From Promethearchaeota archaeon (GTDB lineage: Archaea; Asgardarchaeota; Lokiarchaeia; Sigyniarchaeales; SOKP01), in assembly GCA_048940765.1 (NCBI GenBank), contig JBHLOG010000003.1:456-64455 (forward strand): DNA of 64,000 bases, in the 5' to 3' direction. Below, one piece after another: positions 58,601 through 64,000 of the stretch; the first letter of the stretch is position 1; every line of letters starts with the position of its first letter. Under the pieces are notes generated by a model that saw only the letters and a list, made by a program, of their open reading frames with translations, was not told where the DNA came from and did no database searches. The position numbers and the translations under genes were made by a program.

Positions 58601-58812
58601 ACATCAACCATTTTTGGTGCAAGGATGCATAAACTACAATCTAGGGTAGGATATATTTTATCCAATTGTGCCATAGTACCTCCTATCGTTGGTTGAATTT
58701 CGACTAAATATACCCTAAAACCTAACTTAGTTAGATCTAAGGATGCCTGCATCCCTGAAATTCCTCCTCCAATAACCAAAACACTACTCTGCAAATCTGA
58801 CATATAACACAA
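55690..58812 (-). CDS. hdrA: Long two-module HdrA-like flavoprotein (Cys form)
   Basis: Two GGGISG FAD motifs, PTLDCSLC, IQCVGSR..YCSAICC, internal LVCQCGINI/ASCTPRTH, C-terminal ferredoxin. Confidence 0.9.
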   Translation of the reverse strand: MCYMSDLQSSVLVIGGGISGMQASLDLTKLGFRVYLVEIQPTIGGTMAQLDKIYPTLDCSLCILAPKMVDVYRDPNIELFTYSYVKKITGYAGNYTVTVIKKPRYIKEEICKGCGDCGNICPVRGIPSEFDTHLKTRGAIYIPFPSSVPPIYLIDDSKCLYLNYKICGLCAKVCTADAIDFTQKTEEITLNVGAIVIATGNNQEMPEKYNNFAGSSPNVLSNMQFERLLSANGPTGGQIIRLDDKKHPKSIGFIQCVGSRDFHHPECKKYCSAICCMNSAKEAIVVKEHNPNIECYIFNTEIRAKGKNFYEFIEKSKNEYDVKYINGHVSYIKENLDNGKLRLYYEDIDKGKVGTFEVDIAVLASALSPTPSYYELLRHLNVDCDDLGYIREEDIILLEKKNVFVSGYSKKPNDIQMAVAEGSACAAKISERFYPFRFQNIKKVEYPPEIPVRLEDEPRVGILVCQCGINIGGIVNVSEVVDYVSKLPYVVHVEENMYSCSSDSQELIKELIIKYNLNRFIVASCTPRTHEQLFKNTLREVGLNPFLFELVNIRNQDSWVHQNEPKKATKKACDLIRMYLAKVINLKPLETIKVKVKQSSLIIGGGISGITAAHNLANQGFEVYLIDKRAILGGSALEFIDLYYIPITKNEILQQINDLKNKSNVHILLNSDIVDVQGYVGNYEVKVKNIQENSKEQTINVGTIIVATGTKQIKTIKWKDLSERYPKRVLTQTEFTAMNDREIPKFKDATIILCVDQRRDGFNDGEYMKTYCSNICCGVALKNVEKLLNINPNAQIHILYREFQFTDLNAENLCRGLRKNATYERYQSIEDIKISDEKDHFHIIYKNVSAQTDIEYNTDLLILATPNVPFDDTEKLAKLLKVSTNKDGFFLEADAKLRPIDFATDGIFLCGGAHWPKWIGESIIQAYGAAGRSAIIMAKGEIETECITSYINEEKCIGCGKCIEICPYNAIELIESRKKMGLYDVSLRKARIIKALCKGCGACVAECSVGAIDQNHFSKFQISKMIDLLTDIDIVDYEII

Positions 58813-58860
58813 TTATTCAATAAATTTATAAATTTTATATCCCAATCTTGTTAATTTAAC

Positions 58861-60066
58861 CTAAACAAACATTAGTAATTTTCCAATAAAACTTGCTAAA
58901 TCAATCACCTTAATTTTATTTCTAGATTCATTATGCTCTTTATTTAAAGAAAGCTCATTTATGTAACAATTGAAGTGTGTTAGACATTTAGGGCAAGGAA
59001 CAATTAAATAATCTGCTCCAGTATTAAATGCTTCATTAATACGATTTTTTCTTAAAAATCGTGTAGATTCATTGCAATTTGCAAATGCTGAAACACCACA
59101 ACAATTAGCATCATCTTTATTATTTTCCATTTCAATTAATTCTACTCCTGGAATCTCGTTTATTAAGTCTCTTGGAGGATCATATAATTTTCCACCTAAA
59201 CGCCCTATTCGACAAGAATCGTGATAAGTTACCTTAATTTTAAAATTGTAAGGAAATTTAACATTTTCAAGAATTTTTTCTTTAAGAAAAAATTCAGTAA
59301 AATGTAATACTTTAAAATCAAAATCTTTTATTATTTTTGGGTAATCAAATTTCCATGTTCTATATCCTTCAGCGCATCCAATAACGATGGTTTTTACTCC
59401 AGCGTCTCTGTAAAGCTGAGTATTATAATTAGCAAGTTTTGCAAAAGTTTCAATATCACCCCTGCCCCAAAAAACATCATGTCCACAACATTTTTCATTT
59501 AAAACTACTGGTGCGATACCCTTTTCATTAAGTAAACTTATTATTGTTGTAGGTATATCAGTATAGTTGGTATCATATTTATAAAAAAGATCATCCATTA
59601 AAGGCAGGCATCCAATAAAATAAGCAGTTTCACCTGAAGCTGAAGTTTTTAATCCTTTCTTTTTTAGAAAATCTAATTTGTTTGGGTGTAAGGGATTGTT
59701 TGCCATAATTTTCGAAATTAAGGTAAAGATATCATTATGAGTTTCGCATTTTATAATTTTTTCTATTTCAGATTTATTTTTACTATATGCTTTTCTTAAC
59801 TCTAAGATTAATTCAGGTATATTAACACCCTTATTTTCTTGAGTCATAGGACAATAAATTGAACATTGTCCACAAGTGAGACAATTCCAAATATTATTAT
59901 TAGTTATGACTTGTTCTAGTTTTGAGAATATCAAATCTGAAATTAAATTTCTTGGAAAAAAAAGTCCTAGATGAGATAATGGGCATACATTGACACAGCG
60001 ATTACAACTATAACAATAATTAACAAAATTGCCAATATCTTTACATGATAAATCTGAAATTAACAA
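58861..60066 (-). CDS. HdrD-like protein (HdrC-type 2x4Fe-4S plus CCG domains)
   Basis: CYSCNRCVNVCP, CLTCGQCSIYCP, CCG, YHDSC, CCG, PCPKC. Confidence 0.88.
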   Translation of the reverse strand: MLISDLSCKDIGNFVNYCYSCNRCVNVCPLSHLGLFFPRNLISDLIFSKLEQVITNNNIWNCLTCGQCSIYCPMTQENKGVNIPELILELRKAYSKNKSEIEKIIKCETHNDIFTLISKIMANNPLHPNKLDFLKKKGLKTSASGETAYFIGCLPLMDDLFYKYDTNYTDIPTTIISLLNEKGIAPVVLNEKCCGHDVFWGRGDIETFAKLANYNTQLYRDAGVKTIVIGCAEGYRTWKFDYPKIIKDFDFKVLHFTEFFLKEKILENVKFPYNFKIKVTYHDSCRIGRLGGKLYDPPRDLINEIPGVELIEMENNKDDANCCGVSAFANCNESTRFLRKNRINEAFNTGADYLIVPCPKCLTHFNCYINELSLNKEHNESRNKIKVIDLASFIGKLLMFV

Positions 60067-60073
60067 GTTTATT

Positions 60074-60259
60074 TCATCGATAGTGATGTATTGAATATTG
60101 ATTCTCGATTATTAACTCAAAAAATCCACATTTAGAACATTTATACCCACTAGGCCCCTTATGTCTATAAATATAATCGTTTTCTTCTATACTGAATCCA
60201 CAAATAGGACAAAACTCTTTTTCCTTCTTTTGTTCAATCAACTTTTTATTTTCCTCCAA
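60074..60259 (-). CDS. Small zinc-ribbon protein
   Basis: CPICG...CSKCG in 61 aa, directly upstream of the hdrD-like gene. Confidence 0.6.
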   Translation of the reverse strand: MEENKKLIEQKKEKEFCPICGFSIEENDYIYRHKGPSGYKCSKCGFFELIIENQYSIHHYR

Positions 60260-60882
60260 CTTTTAAATAATTTTAATTTTGAAAATTACTTTCTTTACGT
60301 TTATATAAAAGCCTTAAATTGGAAATAATTGTATTGGCAAAGCAGAATATTTAACTTCAGATTAAAATTTATACAACATTAACAATCCTGATTATCAATG
60401 AAATAAATGTTTTTTTGAAATTAAATTATCATCATGATTAAAATGGTAGTCAAAATATAAAAACTTTAACTTTTTCTTATAAATTTCAAAAATCAATAAT
60501 AAGCAGAAGATAATATAAAAGAGTGGGAAATGATCATTCTACCCAATATCAACGAATGAATATACATAATTGATCATTAATGATAATGATCCCACCCACA
60601 ATACCTATATATACAACAATCGAGAGCATGAAAAACAACATCTCTATACCTATTTTCTTATATTTTAAAAAAAATTTAATATATTTTATAATTTTTATAC
60701 CATGGTTTTATTGAAAATAAAAAATTTACTTTGAAATGTGTATAAATATTCTAAAAGTAATTTTTTCTAACTTTTGATAAAAATGTTATTCAAATTAATG
60801 ATAGATAAATTTTGTTAGAAGTAAAAGAAAATAAAAAAATCAAATTTATTCCTTGAATATAAAATTTGACAAAAAAGAAATT

Positions 60883-60936
60883 TGATAAATTTTATTGTCA
60901 AATCGACTAAAATTATTCTTATCAAATTATTTAAAT
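60883..60936 (+). promoter_or_regulatory. Conserved 54-bp promoter module (copy 2)
   Basis: TGATAAATTTTATTGTCA...AATTATTCTTATCA..TTTAAAT; near-copy of 51645-51698. Confidence 0.65.
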
Positions 60937-61068
60937 CCTTTTCAAATCATTATTTAATTAGAGTAAATACAACGCTTCTTAGAGTTGTATATGAAAAATA
61001 AATAAATTATTTTATAAGTTCAATAAATTTAATTGATAAATAATTGATTAGGAAGGTGGATATTAAAA

Positions 61069-61686
61069 ATGGAAGTATTAGAATTAAAACCAGTAGAAAA
61101 TAAAAAAATTGTTGTATATGTATCTTCTAAGGAAAATGCTAAATATTTTCAGAATGTAGATCATTCAAAATTAGTTGCATTTTTGAAGAGAAACAATATT
61201 GATTTTGTTACAGTGGATTTTCAAGTTGATATGAAAGAATTTAGTAACACTACTTTTGCTCTAGCATTGAATGAACTTAAGATTCCCTATTTTCAAGTAG
61301 ATATTCCTGATTATGCAATGGGATATTTATATCAAGAGATAATTGAAAAACAAGAGTTTCAAAATGAATTGTTTGAAGAATATGAGAGGATGCAAGATAA
61401 AGATTCTTATAAAGGGCTAAGTCTAAAAAATTGGATCGATATGTTAGGAGAAGAAATTCAAGAAAAGGAGATATTTCTTAGTTTAGAATTAAGACCTCAA
61501 TGGATCGTCAAGAAAATGTTGGATATTGCATATTCTTTCAAAAAAGATACCATTTTTTTTGTCCATTTTGTTCAAGAAGATATATGTGAAGATATATGTC
61601 CACAAATTGTTGAAAATTTAAGAGAATTAGGTGTGAAAGTAATATCTTATAATAAAAAACATACTATACAAAAAATAATATTATAA
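61069..61686 (+). CDS. Hypothetical protein (paralogue of the next gene)
   Basis: 205 aa; shares EVLELKP start and IP(Y/F)..DI...A..YL...coiled coil...W...K.L with 61712-62440. Confidence 0.75.
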   Translation: MEVLELKPVENKKIVVYVSSKENAKYFQNVDHSKLVAFLKRNNIDFVTVDFQVDMKEFSNTTFALALNELKIPYFQVDIPDYAMGYLYQEIIEKQEFQNELFEEYERMQDKDSYKGLSLKNWIDMLGEEIQEKEIFLSLELRPQWIVKKMLDIAYSFKKDTIFFVHFVQEDICEDICPQIVENLRELGVKVISYNKKHTIQKIIL

Positions 61687-61711
61687 AAAAAACAAAAAGA
61701 GGGGATATTAA

Positions 61712-62440
61712 ATGCCTGAAGTTTTAGAATTAAAACCTTTAAAAAATAAAAGTTTAAAATTGGTATTGGTAGAGAGTGAATTTCCTATCGACTGGTGGTT
61801 TGAAATTCCTAAAAATTTAAAAGAAGATCTTTTTTGGAATCTTCATTTAATTTCTAAGGAATATCTTCAATTAGTAGATGCCCTAATTGAAAAATACAAA
61901 CCTAATTTTGCATTAGAAGAACGGCCAAATATATGGAAAAATGACTTAAATTCAAATGAACCACTCAGATTACTATTTAAAAATCGAAAAATTCCTTTCG
62001 ATTATGCCGATATTTCAGAGAATGCTGAATTATATCTCTCTTCCGCGTTAGATGAGCATAGAATCCATATCAAAAACCTTGAGAAAAGAATAAATGAAAT
62101 TATGAGAAATAAAGGGAAGATTCCTGAAAATGATGATATTTTTCAGAGAATTGTATTATGGAAAGAATATTTGAAACAAGACTATGATTCTCAAGAAGAT
62201 GAGATAAGATATAAAGTTAGAGAAGCTTGGATGATGATGAAAATACTAAATGTTGCGAGAGAAAGGGAAGGGGATAAAATAATAGGTATGTTTATATGTG
62301 ATCCACGGCACTTTAATGGGTTCGAGAAACTTTCAGAAGAGCTAGGGATTGAAATCGAACAAGTGAGAATAAAAAGAACAATTAAAGCAGAACACGTTGA
62401 GCAAGTATTTGAAAAAGAATTAGAAGTTGATCTTTCTTAG
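61712..62440 (+). CDS. Hypothetical protein
   Basis: 242 aa, SD-like GAGGGG; paralogous to 61069-61686. Confidence 0.75.
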   Translation: MPEVLELKPLKNKSLKLVLVESEFPIDWWFEIPKNLKEDLFWNLHLISKEYLQLVDALIEKYKPNFALEERPNIWKNDLNSNEPLRLLFKNRKIPFDYADISENAELYLSSALDEHRIHIKNLEKRINEIMRNKGKIPENDDIFQRIVLWKEYLKQDYDSQEDEIRYKVREAWMMMKILNVAREREGDKIIGMFICDPRHFNGFEKLSEELGIEIEQVRIKRTIKAEHVEQVFEKELEVDLS

Positions 62441-62482
62441 TTAAATTTTTTGCTTTAATTTAGAAAAAAAGAGGGTGATAAA

Positions 62483-63469
62483 ATGGTTGAAAGGGAGGTT
62501 GAAAGCATTCTTGGAAAAAAATCGATAATAGAATTAACACCTATCATAATTAAAAAGAAAGACACTTCAGATAAAATTTGTTATTTCTTTGATACTGATG
62601 AGAATGCTTCACCGTTCGATATAAATATGGCATATGATGCTGGGTTTGATATAGTGATCCCAATAAGTAAGATGAAAGCAGAACATGTACCAAAATTGGT
62701 ACAGGATGCGATTTTTTCACGGAAACCAAATGCACCTACTACTTTTTTTATAGGAGGTTCAGATGTAAAAGAAGGAGAAAAAATAGCTAAGGCAGTCATA
62801 AAATCATTAGTTCCTCCTTTTGAATGTCCTGTTATCATTGATCCTAGGGGCTCTCATACTACGGCTTCTGCAGTAGTCGCTATGACTTTAGATATTGCTA
62901 AAAGAAAACATAATTACAGAAATTTAAAGGATAAAAAAGTAGTTGTTTTTGGTGCTGGTCCAGTTGGACGAATAGCAGCAATTTTAGCCGCAAGAATAGG
63001 ATCCAATACTTATGTAGTTGAAACATGGGACAAATCTAATGAAGGTTTTATTACGCAATTAGCAAAAGAACTTACTGAAGAAGCAGGAGTACAGGCAACA
63101 AAAATTAATGGTGTATTTGCTCCAAAATTAGAACAGAGATTCAATATAGTAAAGGATGCTGATATTATATGGTCATTAGCTGCTGCAGGTGTGGAAATTT
63201 TAAATGAAGGATTGATGAAAAAATTAACTGGTAAAAAGATTGTTATAGATATTAATTTAGTCCCTCCATATGGTATTGAAGGTATTAAACCAAAGAATAA
63301 GAATGATGAGATATATCCTGGAATATTCGGAATTGGTGCATTAGCTTTAGGACGTTTAAAAGCAGACTCAGAGAGTCAAATTTTAAAAGAAGCAGCTAAT
63401 ACTAAGGGATTAAAAGTATTTGATTATAATTATGCTTTTAAAATTGCCGAGGAACTTCTTAAAAAATAG
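62483..63469 (+). CDS. NAD(P)-dependent methylene-H4MPT/H4F dehydrogenase (MtdA/MtdB-type)
   Basis: SPFDINMAYDAGFD, DAIFSR, DPRGSHTTA, GAGPVG, DINLVPPYGIEG, GIGALALG. Confidence 0.85.
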   Translation: MVEREVESILGKKSIIELTPIIIKKKDTSDKICYFFDTDENASPFDINMAYDAGFDIVIPISKMKAEHVPKLVQDAIFSRKPNAPTTFFIGGSDVKEGEKIAKAVIKSLVPPFECPVIIDPRGSHTTASAVVAMTLDIAKRKHNYRNLKDKKVVVFGAGPVGRIAAILAARIGSNTYVVETWDKSNEGFITQLAKELTEEAGVQATKINGVFAPKLEQRFNIVKDADIIWSLAAAGVEILNEGLMKKLTGKKIVIDINLVPPYGIEGIKPKNKNDEIYPGIFGIGALALGRLKADSESQILKEAANTKGLKVFDYNYAFKIAEELLKK

Positions 63470-63556
63470 ATAAATAAAAATCATATTTAAAATCATTTTT
63501 TATTTTAATTTTTAAATTTAATAAGCTATAAATTTGCCAAAAGGAAGTGAGCTTCT

Positions 63557-64000
63557 ATGAATACAATACCGGAATATAAGTTAAGAATCAAGGATGCCTT
63601 TAAAGAGGATGCGGGTAGAGGAATAGTAAGAATAGACCCCAATATACTAAACAAATTAAATTTAAAGGTTGGTGATACAATTCGAATTTCTCATCCTTTT
63701 GTAAAAAAAATAACTGTTGCCTTACTATCTTCAGGAAGAAATGAAGATAAAGGAAAGCAAATTATTAGGATGGATCCATCTTTAAGAAGAAATTTAGCAG
63801 CTTCTATTGATGATCTTGTGGAAATTAAGAAAATTAATGCTGATTTTGCTGAAAATATAATCTTTACTGGCTTAAATAATTCATTAATCCCACGTGATCC
63901 TCAAGCATTAGCAAGAAAATTAGAAAAAAGAGTTGTAACATTTGGTGACAGTCTTAGTTTTTACGCAATGGGGCATAGAATTGATCTAGTAGTTGTTAAT
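63557..64000 (+). CDS. cdc48: CDC48/p97-family AAA ATPase N-domain (runs off the window; not in the ORF track)
   Basis: MNTIPEYKLRIKDAFKEDAGRGIVRIDP...GDTI...IIRMDPSLRRN: double-psi barrel signature; the ATPase domain lies outside the window. Confidence 0.75.
   Translation, partial: MNTIPEYKLRIKDAFKEDAGRGIVRIDPNILNKLNLKVGDTIRISHPFVKKITVALLSSGRNEDKGKQIIRMDPSLRRNLAASIDDLVEIKKINADFAENIIFTGLNNSLIPRDPQALARKLEKRVVTFGDSLSFYAMGHRIDLVVVN

Noticed and set aside
1136-62838. Many 60-150 aa ORFs antisense to or nested in longer genes (e.g. 1136-1507, 13953-14330, 24514-24972, 47805-48182, 51709-52008)
   Set aside because: Shadow ORFs of well-supported genes with no independent motifs

Overview
AT-rich archaeal DNA, most likely Asgard (Lokiarchaeia-like). 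This is inferred from a Ras-family small GTPase, TPR/longin- and DENN-like proteins, a CDC48, and a eukaryote-type SECIS. No rRNA, tRNA, CRISPR array or intact mobile element was seen. Layout: (1) 0.1-4.5 kb, cysteine/sulfur-relay cluster (SsuA-like, MoaD/SAMP, cysE, cysK, tusA, MoeB) sharing a TGCAAAAATTGCA box. (2) 4.8-23.6 kb, mixed catabolic and eukaryotic-signature genes. (3) 23.7-35.5 kb, NifB/NifX, MinD-ferredoxin, Mrp, IscU and DUF134 metal-cluster locus plus DtxR-feoAB, with repeated TGAAT-N4-ATTCA palindromes. (4) 35.7-63.5 kb, a large redox island with four FrhB-family proteins, three HdrA paralogues, MvhD, an HdrD-like protein, a [NiFe]-hydrogenase, Mtd, gdhA and a His-kinase/REC/REC-Lrp module. 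Main observations: an hdrA (51844-53880) that the ORF track splits carries two in-frame TGA codons at conserved Cys positions and is followed directly by an AUGA/GA SECIS-like hairpin with an extra side helix. Three redox proteins are fused to winged-helix DNA-binding domains (wHTH-HdrA-MvhD beside a hydrogenase lacking the C-terminal extension, FrhB-TrmB, and MvhD-like-wHTH-FrhB), suggesting a possibly undescribed H2/F420 redox-sensing transcription system. Several candidate operator families can be read directly from the sequence, and three genes appear to start at ATA or ATT. All protein assignments come from motif recognition by eye, not database searches.
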